From: an uncultured delta proteobacterium
Lineage (GTDB): Bacteria; Myxococcota; Myxococcia; Myxococcales; Myxococcaceae
Length of the DNA stretch: 64,000 nucleotides
Assembly (NCBI GenBank): GCA_963771175.1
Contig: CAVYSY010000040.1
Coordinates: 192,001 to 256,000, forward strand
Direction: 5' to 3'
Position 1 is the first letter of the stretch, and every line of letters starts with the position of its first letter. The notes beneath the pieces are model-generated. The model made no database searches. It had not been told where the DNA came from and saw only the letters and a list, made by a program, of their open reading frames with translations. Shown one piece after another: positions 10,314 through 27,094 of this stretch. The translations under genes were made by a program, and so were the position numbers.

Positions 10314-11327
10314 ATGGCTGCCGTCCTGCCCGTCCGAGCGATTCCCACCCTGGCCCAGCTTCCATTGGCCTTCGCGCGCCGAAGGGTGCTGCTGGTAGGG
10401 GATCTGGTCGCCGACCACTACATCTACGGTCAGACGGACCGGGTGAGCCGCGAGGCGCCGGTGCTGATCGTCCGTCACGAGTCCTCCGAGGTGAAGCTGG
10501 GAGGCGGGGCGAACGTGGCGGCGAACGTGCGAGCGCTGTCGGGGCAGGTGACGGCGGTGGGGGTGTTGGGCGCGGACGAGATGGGGCGTGCGCTGCGGAA
10601 GCTGTTCGACGAGGCGGGAATCCAGCTCAGCGCGGCGAGCGCCCGGGGCGTGGAGACGGAGACGAAGACGCGCATCCTGGCGGGCGGGGTGAACACGACG
10701 CGGCAGCAGATGTTGCGACTGGACCGGGGGCAGCGGGGTCCGTTGCCGCCGAAGCTGCGGCGCATGCTGGTGCGGCGGGTGGAGGAGGCGGCGAAGGACG
10801 CGGACGCGGTGGTGGTCTCGGACTACGGCGCGGGGGTGGTGGGGGAGGAGATGCTCGAGGCCCTGCGCAAGCTGGCGGCGGACGGGCTGCCGGTGTGCGT
10901 GGACAGCCGCTACGCGCTGTCGAGCTTCACCGGGGTGACGGTGTGCAAGCCCAACGAGCCGGAGCTGCAGGCGCTGGTAGGGCGGCCGTTGCGCACGGAG
11001 GCGGAGCTGGTGGAGGCGGGGCGCGAGATGGTGCGCCGCATGGAGTGCAAGGCGCTGCTGGTGACGCGGGGCCGGCACGGGATGGCGCTCTTCGATGCGG
11101 AGGGCGGGGTGGACATGATCCCGGTGCACGGCGCGAAGGAGGCGGTGGACGTAACGGGGGCGGGGGACACGGTGATCGCGGCGCTGTCGCTGGGGTTGGC
11201 GGCTGGGGGGAGCTTCGGGGACGCGGCGAGGCTGGCGAACGTGGCGGGCTCTCTGGCGGTGCGGAAGCTGGGGACGGCGACGGTGGCGAGGGACGAGCTG
11301 CTGGGCGAGCTGAGGGGTGCGCGGTGA
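10314..11327 (+). CDS. rfaE1: D-glycero-D-manno-heptose-7-phosphate kinase (HldE N-terminal half, PfkB family)
   Basis: GDLVADHYIYG..RVSREAPV, GGGANVA, VSDYG, KPNE and DVTGAGDTV motifs. Confidence 0.88.
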   Translation: MAAVLPVRAIPTLAQLPLAFARRRVLLVGDLVADHYIYGQTDRVSREAPVLIVRHESSEVKLGGGANVAANVRALSGQVTAVGVLGADEMGRALRKLFDEAGIQLSAASARGVETETKTRILAGGVNTTRQQMLRLDRGQRGPLPPKLRRMLVRRVEEAAKDADAVVVSDYGAGVVGEEMLEALRKLAADGLPVCVDSRYALSSFTGVTVCKPNEPELQALVGRPLRTEAELVEAGREMVRRMECKALLVTRGRHGMALFDAEGGVDMIPVHGAKEAVDVTGAGDTVIAALSLGLAAGGSFGDAARLANVAGSLAVRKLGTATVARDELLGELRGAR

Positions 11328-11818
11328 GTACGGTGAAGAAGGTGCAGCGGCTGGCGGAGGTAGTGGAGCAGCGCGAGCGCTGGAGGGCGGAGGGGAAGAC
11401 GGTGGCGCTGGCGAACGGGGTCTTCGATCTGATCCACGTAGGGCACGTGCGCTACCTGGAGGGGGCGAAGGAACTGGCGGACTGCCTGGTGGTGGCGGTG
11501 AACTCGGACGCGTCCACGAGGGCGTACAAGGGGCCGGGCCGGCCGCACATCCCCGAGGGCGAGCGAGCGGAGCTGGTGGCGGCGCTGGCGTGTACGGATC
11601 GGGTGCTGGTCTTCGACGAGCCGAACGTGCGGAGCATCATCCGGGCGTTGAAGCCGGACGTGCACGTGAAGGGGACGGACTACACGCCGGACTCGATTCC
11701 GGAGGCGGACGAGGTGCGAGCCTACGGAGGGCGGGTGGCGGTGGCGGGGGATCCGAAGAACCACAGCACGACGGAGCTCGCGCAGCGGCTGCAGTCGGAG
11801 CAGCGCGAGACGAAGTAG
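11324..11818 (+). CDS. rfaE2: Heptose-1-phosphate adenylyltransferase (HldE C-terminal half)
   Basis: ANGVFDLIHVGH, VNSDAS..YKGPGRP, KGTDY and HSTT motifs in the 3' part of ORF 10277..11818; GTG start at 11324. Confidence 0.9.
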   Translation: MSTVKKVQRLAEVVEQRERWRAEGKTVALANGVFDLIHVGHVRYLEGAKELADCLVVAVNSDASTRAYKGPGRPHIPEGERAELVAALACTDRVLVFDEPNVRSIIRALKPDVHVKGTDYTPDSIPEADEVRAYGGRVAVAGDPKNHSTTELAQRLQSEQRETK

Positions 11819-11829
11819 GAGGCGCGCCC

Positions 11830-12006
11830 ATGCAGTTCCCCGAGTGGATGCTGTCGACGCTGGCGTGCCCCCGGTGCAAGGGGCCGCTCATCAACAATCC
11901 GCCCGAGCTGCACTGCCAGCACTGCCGTCTCGCGTACCCCATCCGAGACGGAGTCCCCGTGCTATTGCCCGGGGAAGCGCGCCCGCTGCCGACTTCAGCG
12001 AGCTGA
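11830..12006 (+). CDS. Trm112/YcaR-like small zinc-knuckle protein
   Basis: AGGAGG RBS, then MQFPEWMLSTLACPRCKGPL...CQHCRLAYPIRDGVPVLL. Confidence 0.85.
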   Translation: MQFPEWMLSTLACPRCKGPLINNPPELHCQHCRLAYPIRDGVPVLLPGEARPLPTSAS

Positions 12007-13095
12007 AGCCCGAGCCGAGAGAGTCTCGGCGAAAGTGCGCACCTCCTCGAAGACACGAGCCTCGAGGTCCCCACCCGAGTCGACGATGGGAGTCAGGTCC
12101 ACCATGCGGTGGGGCGGGTAGTCATGCCCCCAGCGCTCCATGTCCATGCGGAGGAAGAGACCGAGGGTGGGGGCCCCGGTGGAGACGGACAGGTGCATGG
12201 GGCCGGTGTTGTTGCAGACGGTGAGCCCGGCGGCGCGCATGAGAGCGGCGAGCTCATCGATATTGGTGGGCGGAGCGAGCTGGGCGCCGGGAGCGGCGGC
12301 GACCACGGTCCGGGCGAGCTCCTCCTCGCCGGGGCCCCAGGTGACGATGGGCGTACGCCCGGATGCGATCAGGGCGCGAGCGGCGGCGGCGAAGGCCTCG
12401 GGAGGAATCCGACGCCAGCCGAGTCGACCGCCGGGGTTGATGACGGCGCGAGGGGTGTTGTCCCAGTCCTCGAGCCATTCGCGGAACTTCTCGCTGAGAT
12501 TGGGAGTGCGGAAGGACAGCTCTCCACGGGGAGCACCGTCCACGAGGGGAGAGAGCAGGTGGACACGCTGGAGCGCCTCGCGGGTCGTATCGGAGCGAGC
12601 GGGGACGGACAGCGAGTGGAGGTAGTGAACGGGCCACATGCACGGGCCGATGACGACGGAGCGAGGCCCGACCAGCCGGGAGATGAGGGCGGAGGTGACG
12701 GAGGGCGTGGACCAGTTGGAGCAGTCGACGACGACGTCATAGTGCTCGCGGCGCAGGGCGCGGATGCCGGGGGCGAGCGGTCCGAGCCACAGCAGGCGCC
12801 GGTCGAAGGGGATGATCCGATCGGCCTCGGGGTGCCCGGCGAGGACGCGGGCCACCTTGGAGTGGACGAGGACGTGGACCTCGGGGGGCTGCCGGGAGGC
12901 CTTGAGGGCGCTCAGCAGGGGGGTGGTGAGGAGGGCCTCGCCCACCCGGTTATCGATACGAACCAGGAGGACGCGCCGGGGGGAGGGGAGGGGCTCCCCC
13001 GCCTTCCGTCGCCGACCGGGGCGCCAGAGGAGGGCGGAGGCAACCAGGGCGAGTGCCAGCTTCGCCCACAACTCGAGCCGCTTGTGCCAGACCAT
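11995..13095 (-). CDS. Glycosyltransferase family 9 (LPS heptosyltransferase-like)
   Basis: LLVRIDNRVGEALLTTP, INPGG, WGPGE and CNNTGPMHL..GAPTLGLF motifs. The start is taken at MVWHKRL; an alternative start is at 13110. Confidence 0.85.
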   Translation of the reverse strand: MVWHKRLELWAKLALALVASALLWRPGRRRKAGEPLPSPRRVLLVRIDNRVGEALLTTPLLSALKASRQPPEVHVLVHSKVARVLAGHPEADRIIPFDRRLLWLGPLAPGIRALRREHYDVVVDCSNWSTPSVTSALISRLVGPRSVVIGPCMWPVHYLHSLSVPARSDTTREALQRVHLLSPLVDGAPRGELSFRTPNLSEKFREWLEDWDNTPRAVINPGGRLGWRRIPPEAFAAAARALIASGRTPIVTWGPGEEELARTVVAAAPGAQLAPPTNIDELAALMRAAGLTVCNNTGPMHLSVSTGAPTLGLFLRMDMERWGHDYPPHRMVDLTPIVDSGGDLEARVFEEVRTFAETLSARASAR

Positions 13096-13135
13096 CGGGG
13101 GGCGGACCATAGCAGAGAGGATCCTCGCTGGTGAC

Positions 13136-13164
13136 TTGACCTGTTGGCCGGAAGCGCCTACCAA
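13136..13164 (+). promoter_or_regulatory. Putative sigma70 promoter of yicC-gmk (TTGACC-N17-TACCAA), 7 nt upstream of the ATG
   Basis: Spacing read directly; no Shine-Dalgarno before ATG 13172. Confidence 0.45.
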
Positions 13165-13171
13165 CCGGCCA

Positions 13172-14050
13172 ATGCTGAAGAGCATGACCGGGTTTGGAGC
13201 GGGACGCGCGCGGGTAGGGGACGAGGAGTTCTCCGTCGAGCTGCGCTCTCTCAACCATAAATTCTGCGAGGTAAAGGCCCGGCTCCCGAGGGAGCTGGCG
13301 GCGCTCGAGTCGACGGTGGTGAAGCAGGTGAAGGACCGGCTCGCCCGTGGCTCGGTGGAAATCTTCATCAAGCGGCAGACGGCGACGGCTGCCGGGACGG
13401 TGCCGGTGGTGGACGCGGCACTGGCGCGCGAGTACGCGCGGGCCTTCCGCGAGGTGGCCGAGGCGCTCGGGGTCCACGCCGAGGTGTCCTGGTCCCAGGT
13501 CGCGAGCCAGCCGGGCGTGATGCGGCTCGAGGAGCGGGGCATGGACGTGGAGTCCGCCACGAAGGCCGCGCAGGCGGCACTGGACCAGGCGCTCACCGCG
13601 CTGGAGCAGATGCGTCGGGTGGAGGGCGAGGCGCTCCAGGCCGATCTGGAGGCCCGACTCGGGCTCATCGAGCGCTGGAGCCGCGAGGTGGCCGAGCTGG
13701 CGCCACGGTCGGTGGAGGAGTACCGCCAGCGGCTGGCCGAGCGGGTAGCCGAGCTGGCGCGAGGCATCTCCGTGGACGAGCAACGACTCGCCCAGGAGGT
13801 GGCCGTTTTCGCCGAGCGGACGGACATCGCCGAGGAGATGACCCGGCTGGCGAGTCATCTCGAGCAGTTCCGTCAGCTCATGGCGGGGAGCGAGCCGGCG
13901 GGCCGCCGCATGGACTTCCTGGTGCAGGAGCTGCACCGCGAGGTGAACACCACGGGTTCCAAGAGCCAGCACGCGGAGATCTCCGCGCGAGTGGTGTCGA
14001 TGAAGGCAGAAGTCGAGCGCATCCGCGAACAGGTCCAGAACGTCGAATGA
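13172..14050 (+). CDS. yicC: YicC/YloC family endoribonuclease
   Basis: MLKSMTGFG, ELRSLNHKF, DIAEE..RL.SH, GRRMDFLVQELHREVNTTGSK and IREQVQNVE motifs. Confidence 0.95.
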   Translation: MLKSMTGFGAGRARVGDEEFSVELRSLNHKFCEVKARLPRELAALESTVVKQVKDRLARGSVEIFIKRQTATAAGTVPVVDAALAREYARAFREVAEALGVHAEVSWSQVASQPGVMRLEERGMDVESATKAAQAALDQALTALEQMRRVEGEALQADLEARLGLIERWSREVAELAPRSVEEYRQRLAERVAELARGISVDEQRLAQEVAVFAERTDIAEEMTRLASHLEQFRQLMAGSEPAGRRMDFLVQELHREVNTTGSKSQHAEISARVVSMKAEVERIREQVQNVE

Positions 14051-14694
14051 ACGAGTCCACGCCCCTCCAGCCCGGCATCCTGCTCGTCCTCTCCGCACCC
14101 TCGGGGACGGGGAAGACCACCTTGGCGCGTCGCCTGCTCGCCGAGCTGCCAGACGCCGTCTTCTCCATCAGTGTCACCACCCGCAGGCCTCGAGGACGGG
14201 AGCAGGACGGGGTGGACTACCACTTCGTGGACGTCGACTCCTTCCAGGAGCGGATCAACCGCGGCGAGTTCGTCGAGTGGGCGGAGGTCCACGGCCACTT
14301 CTACGGCAGCTCCCAGGCGGTGGTGGACGAGGCCCGCGCCAAGCGGGGCGTGGCCATCTTCGACATCGATGTGCAGGGCGGGCAAGCCATCAAGCGCAAG
14401 CATCCCGATACGGTGCTCGCCTTTGTTCTGCCTCCCTCGATGGAGGAACTCGAGCGGCGCCTGCGCGAGCGCGGGACGGACGCGGAGGATACCATCCGCC
14501 GCCGCATGCTGGCGGCTCGCTCGGAGATCGAGCGAGGGATCGCCACGTACGACTACATCCTCGTGAATGACGACATCGAGCGCGCCTATCGGGATCTGCA
14601 CTCGGTGGTCATCGCCGAGCGCTGCCGGCGAGGGCGGGTGGATGTCTCGAACCTCCATCTGGAGAATCCCGGGACCCCGGAATCAGGGCGCTGA
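14047..14694 (+). CDS. gmk: Guanylate kinase
   Basis: SAPSGTGKTT, SVTTRRPR..EQDGVDYHF, WAEVHG.FYG, DIDVQG and LPPS motifs. Confidence 0.96.
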   Translation: MNESTPLQPGILLVLSAPSGTGKTTLARRLLAELPDAVFSISVTTRRPRGREQDGVDYHFVDVDSFQERINRGEFVEWAEVHGHFYGSSQAVVDEARAKRGVAIFDIDVQGGQAIKRKHPDTVLAFVLPPSMEELERRLRERGTDAEDTIRRRMLAARSEIERGIATYDYILVNDDIERAYRDLHSVVIAERCRRGRVDVSNLHLENPGTPESGR

Positions 14695-15017
14695 CCTGCG
14701 GAATGGCCCGAGCTCCTGAGGCGGTTTTCTCCAATGCCGCCGAGTTCGGGAGCTGGTGGACCTGGCTGAACGGTGTCGCCGTTGCTGGCACCAGGAGTCC
14801 GGGTGGGGCGCACGGGATGGCACAGGGGAAACGGCTTGCGCCGCCTGAGTAGTTGGTGGATAAGCCGCCTCACCTCACTCGGCGCGGTGTCACACCGGTG
14901 ACACTTCAGCGAAGTGAGCCTTGTTCTTTTGAGCTTCAATAAGACCGAAGGCTGATGCCGCCGCGGCAGATGGTGCGGGCGGTGGTGGTCAGAACCGGAA
15001 GGGACGGGTCGAGGAGG

Positions 15018-15494
15018 TTGACAAGTCCCGAAGGCGGTCATAGATACTGGGAGTCTCGCCAGTGCGGCTGAAAAAAGCCGGTGGCGGGCGGAATCAACAG
15101 GCTCGAAGAGGTCGAGCGGTTGACTCCCAACGCGGCGGTGGTAGAAGCGCCGCCCCCTGAACGGGACAGCGAAGTCGCAACGGCGACGGGAGCTCCCGAG
15201 CAGGACTGAAAGACGAAATACGAAGTCAACGAGCGGAGTTGACACCTGACGCGGCGGTGGTAGAAGCGCCGCCCCTCGAAACGGCGAAAGTCGCACTGGC
15301 GACGGAGCTGAATCGGCGGAAAGAAAAGGGTCGACGAAGTCGGTTGACAGGGAAGGCGGAAACGAAGTAGGTTCCGCGCCCCCTCGAAAGAAGGAAACGA
15401 AGCGCCACGGCGCGATGTTGACTCCAAACGAGGCGAAGCGGTGAAAACGAAGCGGCAACGGCCGCTTGACAGAAAAGCCGCTTCGAAATAAAGA
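15018..15494 (+). promoter_or_regulatory. Array of tandem sigma70-like rrn promoters
   Basis: TTGACA/TTGACT at 15018, 15120, 15239, 15344, 15418 and 15466. Five are followed after 16-18 nt by TA-starting hexamers (TAGATA, TAGAAG, TAGAAG, TAGGTT, TAAAGA) and mostly GC-rich discriminators. Confidence 0.75.
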
Positions 15495-15570
15495 GTGCGA
15501 CCCCGAGGTTGAATGGGGTGCAGTCGAGAAGTCCAGAGTAGCAAAAAGTCGCGACAGCAACAAGCGGCTC

Positions 15571-15582
15571 GGTCTTTGAAAA
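15571..15582 (+). promoter_or_regulatory. rrn leader boxA antitermination element
   Basis: GGTCTTTGAAAA in the leader; related motifs lie in the ITS at about 17424 (GGCTCTTTGAAA) and 17712 (GTTCTTTGACAA). Confidence 0.65.
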
Positions 15583-15742
15583 CCAAATAGCAAGCCCAAG
15601 AAGACAGATTGCGGAAACCGCAGTCAATTCTAAACGGCACCTCAAGAGAGTCGGCGTGAGTCGATTCCGGGGTGCCCTGAACAGCGAAGTCGGGAGTTCC
15701 TTAGCCGGACCCTGGCGATGCCGGTTCTAAATTCTTCAAATT

Positions 15743-17288
<1,546 letters not shown>

Positions 17289-17465
17289 CCGGGTACACGG
17301 CGAGCGCTTCGGCGCCGCAGGGTGTACCAGCAACCTTCGGGTTGCCTAGGTCGACCAGGTCAACGTTTCTGCAAACTGTCTGGGCTTGCTGTTTGGTTTT
17401 GAGGGACCGAGTCCAAGCGACTCGGCTCTTTGAAAGAGCAGTAGCTGTTTCGGGACTCTCCAACT

Positions 17466-17542
17466 GGGCCTATAGCTCAGCTGGCTAGAGCGCGCGCCTG
17501 ATAAGCGCGAGGTCGGTGGTTCAAGTCCACCTAGGCCCACCA
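17466..17542 (+). tRNA. tRNA-Ile (GAT)
   Basis: GGGCCTA acceptor stem, anticodon loop CTGATAA, GGTTCAAGTCC and an encoded CCA. Confidence 0.97.
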
Positions 17543-17610
17543 GTTTCCCCGAGGGGAAGACTGGGTGACGCGACGACGGCCGGCAGGAGGACACCCCAAG
17601 ACGACTTTCC

Positions 17611-17683
17611 GGGGCTGTAGCTCAGCTGGGAGAGCGCTAGCTTTGCAAGCTAGATGTCGTCGGTTCGATCCCGATCAGCTCCA
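17611..17683 (+). tRNA. tRNA-Ala (TGC), CCA not encoded
   Basis: GGGGCTG...CAGCTCC-A with G3:U70; anticodon arm CTAGC-TTTGCAA-GCTAG; GGTTCGATCC. Confidence 0.96.
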
Positions 17684-17933
17684 CAAGTTTTCCAAACACT
17701 GGTTTGGAAGCGTTCTTTGACAAGTGCATACGAAGGGTAGAATTCAATTTCTGCTGAGAAGTTCTTTAATCACCCAGCGGAAGGTGAGCTGAGCCGAGAG
17801 GCCAGGCGCACTGGAAGCGGGTGACTCAAGCAAGAAGTCTTCTTTCGGGTCCGCGGCGAAGAGCTGGGGCCTGGACCTTGGTCTCGAGTGACAGAGTCCC
17901 GCCGGGAGGTGGGGCCATCGAGAGATTAAGGTA

Positions 17934-20890
<2,957 letters not shown>

Positions 20891-21065
20891 TCACCTCAAT
20901 CTCTCGCGGGCTCCGCCAGGTAAAACTGGTAGGGGACGAGGATTCGAGGCCAAGGTCGAGGCCCCGTGCGCGCTCCAACGAGAGCGGCGCCGGCCCGAAA
21001 GAAGGCACGAGCTTCTTTAGCAGGAATTGAAAATCTACCCTTTGTATGCACGAGTCACACAAGTT

Positions 21066-21181
<116 letters not shown>

Positions 21182-21189
21182 TTTTTTTT

Positions 21190-21238
21190 GAAGGCCCCGA
21201 GTCCTCATTCACGTGAGGATTCGGGGCCTTCGCCTTTG
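21190..21238 (+). terminator. rrn operon terminator hairpin
   Basis: GAAGGCCCCGAGTCCTCA...TGAGGATTCGGGGCCTTC immediately after the 5S gene. Confidence 0.8.
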
Positions 21239-21575
21239 CGGGCTCCGTGTGCCGGTCGCGGTGGGCCTGACTCCGCGTCGAGCTCTCCTCCGCGAGTCCT
21301 TCCTGCGCCCTCTCTCGGAGCCCGGCTGGCCTGGTGGGCGGCTCGAAAGGCGCAATCGCGTCGGCTCCCCGCGTGCCGGGTCTGCCTCATCCAAGCGTCA
21401 TTCCGCAGGAAGTCTGCGCTCTGGGTCCAAGTGGCTGGAACTCTTGGGGAATCCGGGACCCGGTGTGGTTTGACTCACTGTCCGTGCTCCGTCTAAAGTC
21501 CCGGTTTCGTCCGGTTCTCCACCCACGGCTCCTCCGGGGCGACGCTGGCCATCCGGGTGCGGGCGGATCCACGCA

Positions 21576-24393
<2,818 letters not shown>

Positions 24394-24500
24394 TCAGTCA
24401 CGCACGCATTCGTTGCCCTCTTTCCTATGTTGGGTAAAGAGGGACCCCCGACCCGGGAGCCGCATCCCGGGTCCTGGTTCCCATTAAAAGGTGGTTCGCC

Positions 24501-25874
24501 ATGACGACGACGCCCATCCGCGGAAAGCCCACCTCGGCCGGCCCCGCTCAGCAGCCTTTTTCCTATCCGCTCCGCCGTGAGTTCGTGGAGCCAGATTGGC
24601 GCCGCCTGCCCGGCTACAAGGACGTGACCCAGGCCGAGTGGGAGAGCTCCGTCTGGCAGCGCAAGCACACCGTCAAGAACCTCAAGGAGCTCAAGGCCGT
24701 CCTCGGCCACCTGCTCCCGGATGACCTCCTGGCCAGCCTGGAGCGCGACCAGCTCGAGCGCGCGACGATGTCCATCCTCGTCCCGCCCCAGATGCTCAAC
24801 ACCATGGACGAGACGGACCTGTGGAACGACCCGGTCCGCCGTTACATGCTCCCCGCCTTCGACGACCGGCACCCCGAGTGGACCAACCACCCCAAGGCCA
24901 GCCGCGACAGCCTCCATGAGGCGGACATGTGGGTGGTGGAGGGGCTCACCCACCGCTACCCCACCAAGGTGCTGGCGGAGATGCTCCCCACCTGCCCCCA
25001 GTACTGCGGCCACTGCACTCGCATGGACCTCGTGGGCAACGACGTCCCCCAGGTGCAGAAGCACCGCTTCAACGTCGGTCAGAAGGAGCGCTACGAGCAG
25101 ATGCTCGACTACCTGCGCCGGACGCCCACCGTCCGCGACGTGGTGGTCAGTGGCGGTGACATCGCCAACCTCCCCATCCAGGCCCTCGAGCCCTTCGTCA
25201 GCGCGCTGCTCGACATCCCCAACATCCGGGACATCCGTCTGGCCTCCAAGGGCCTCATGGCCATCCCCCAGCACTTCCTCCAGGACTCCGTCCTGCAGGG
25301 GCTGGAGCGTCTCGCCAAGAAGGCCAACGAGCGCGACGTGGACCTCGCCCTCCACACCCACGTCAACAACGCCCGTCAGCTCACCCCGCTCGTGGGCAAG
25401 GCCGTGCGCAAGCTGCTCGACATGGGCTTCCGCGACGTCCGCAACCAGGGCGTCCTGCTGCGCGGCGTGAACAGCACCCCCAAGGATCTCCTCGAGCTGT
25501 GCTTCACCCTGCTCGATCACGCCAAGATCCTGCCGTACTACTTCTACATGTGCGACATGATCCCCAACTCGGAGCACTGGCGGCTCTCCGTGGCCGAGGC
25601 CCAGCAGCTCCAGCACGACATCATGGGGTACATGCCCGGCTTCGCCACCCCGCGCATCGTCTGCGACGTGCCCTTCGTCGGGAAGCGGTGGATCCACCAG
25701 GTGTCCGAGTACGACCGCGAGCGCGGCATCTCGTTCTGGACCAAGAACTACCGCACCGGCATCGAGGGCAATGATCCCGACGCCCTCACCCGCAAGTACG
25801 AGTACTTCGACCCCATCTACACGCTGCCCGAGTCGGGCCAGCAGTGGTGGCGCGATCAGGCCAAGGCGGCGTAA
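24501..25874 (+). CDS. KamA-family radical SAM/PLP 2,3-aminomutase-like protein (divergent subtype)
   Basis: HRYPTKVL, CPQYCGHCTR (CxxxCxxC), VVSGGD, NQGVLLRGVN, PYYFYMCD and DVPFVGK motifs. Confidence 0.88.
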   Translation: MTTTPIRGKPTSAGPAQQPFSYPLRREFVEPDWRRLPGYKDVTQAEWESSVWQRKHTVKNLKELKAVLGHLLPDDLLASLERDQLERATMSILVPPQMLNTMDETDLWNDPVRRYMLPAFDDRHPEWTNHPKASRDSLHEADMWVVEGLTHRYPTKVLAEMLPTCPQYCGHCTRMDLVGNDVPQVQKHRFNVGQKERYEQMLDYLRRTPTVRDVVVSGGDIANLPIQALEPFVSALLDIPNIRDIRLASKGLMAIPQHFLQDSVLQGLERLAKKANERDVDLALHTHVNNARQLTPLVGKAVRKLLDMGFRDVRNQGVLLRGVNSTPKDLLELCFTLLDHAKILPYYFYMCDMIPNSEHWRLSVAEAQQLQHDIMGYMPGFATPRIVCDVPFVGKRWIHQVSEYDRERGISFWTKNYRTGIEGNDPDALTRKYEYFDPIYTLPESGQQWWRDQAKAA

Positions 25875-27085
25875 TGCTCCCCCCCAGGCCGCCCTCCAAG
25901 GGCGCTCCCGCGCGTCCGGCCTCCGAGGCCGGGCGCCGTTCCCTTTTTCCCGAGGCCACTGACGCCGAGTGGTCCGACTGGCGCTGGCACCAGCGCCATG
26001 CCGTGCGCAGCCTCGCGCAGCTCGAGCAGTACGTCCCCCTCACGCCCGACGAGCGCGCCGGCGTGCAGGAGACCTCCTCGCTGTTCCGCATCGGCATCAG
26101 CCCCTACTACCTGTCCCTCATCGACAGGGAACACCCGTTCTGCCCCATCCGCATGCAGTCCATCCCCGTGCGCGCCGAGGCTCGCATCCGGCCCGGGGAA
26201 CTCTCGGACCCGCTCGGTGAGGACAAGACCCGGCCCGAGGAGGCCATCGTCCACAAGTACCCGGACCGGGTGCTCTTCCTCGCGCTCGATACCTGCTCCG
26301 TCTACTGCCGCCACTGCACCCGCCGCCGCATCACCAAGGGCGGCGAGGCCGAGCTCACCAAGGAGCAGATGCGGCGCGGCATCGAGTACATCCGCAGCCA
26401 CCCCGAGGTGCGCGATGTCCTCATCTCCGGCGGCGATCCGTTCCTGCTCTCGGAGGAGCGGCTGGAGGCGCTGCTCGCGCCCCTGCATGAGATTCCCCAT
26501 GTGGAGATGGTGCGCATCGGCACCCGCGTCCCGGTGTGCCTGCCCATGCGCGTCACCGATTCGCTGGCGAGCCTCCTGCGGCGCTACGCCCCCGTCTACG
26601 TCGTCACCCACTTCAACCACCCGAAGGAAATCACTCCCGAGGCCCGCGAGGCCTGCGAGCGGCTCGTGGACCACGGCGTCCCCGTCGAGAACCAGGCCGT
26701 CCTCATGCGGCAGCTCAACTCGGATGCCCGCATCATCCAGGAACTCTCCCACGCCCTGCTGCGCATCCGCGTCCGCCCGTACTACCTCCACCAGATGGAC
26801 GTGGCCGAGGGCTGCGAGCACCTGCGCACCCCCATCTCCAAGGGCGTTGAGATCCTCCAGCAGCTCCGTGGCTTCACCACTGGCCTCGCCGTGCCCCACC
26901 TCGCCGTGGACCTGCCCGGCGGCGGGGGCAAGGTGACACTCCAGCCCGACTATGTCCTGGAGCGCGGCGAGCAGCAGACCGTCTTCCGCAACTACAAGGG
27001 CGAGCGCTACGTCTACCCCGAGCCCGAGGAGACCGACTGCTCCTGCCCCTACGATGGGGTCTGGCAGCAGCGACGCTGGGGGTAG
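25874..27085 (+). CDS. kamA: Lysine 2,3-aminomutase (KamA family)
   Basis: HKYPDRVL, CSVYCRHCTRRR, ISGGDP, RIGTRVP, HFNHPKE, PYYLHQMD and DLPGGGGK (PLP lysine); TAATG coupling to the upstream gene. Confidence 0.85.
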   Translation: MLPPRPPSKGAPARPASEAGRRSLFPEATDAEWSDWRWHQRHAVRSLAQLEQYVPLTPDERAGVQETSSLFRIGISPYYLSLIDREHPFCPIRMQSIPVRAEARIRPGELSDPLGEDKTRPEEAIVHKYPDRVLFLALDTCSVYCRHCTRRRITKGGEAELTKEQMRRGIEYIRSHPEVRDVLISGGDPFLLSEERLEALLAPLHEIPHVEMVRIGTRVPVCLPMRVTDSLASLLRRYAPVYVVTHFNHPKEITPEAREACERLVDHGVPVENQAVLMRQLNSDARIIQELSHALLRIRVRPYYLHQMDVAEGCEHLRTPISKGVEILQQLRGFTTGLAVPHLAVDLPGGGGKVTLQPDYVLERGEQQTVFRNYKGERYVYPEPEETDCSCPYDGVWQQRRWG

Positions 27086-27094
27086 GGGAGGGGC

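Noticed and set aside
15110..15310. ~27-bp direct repeats with ~90-bp spacing that could suggest a CRISPR array
   Set aside because: Only two close copies exist, each embedded in a -35/-10 promoter unit, and no cas genes are present.
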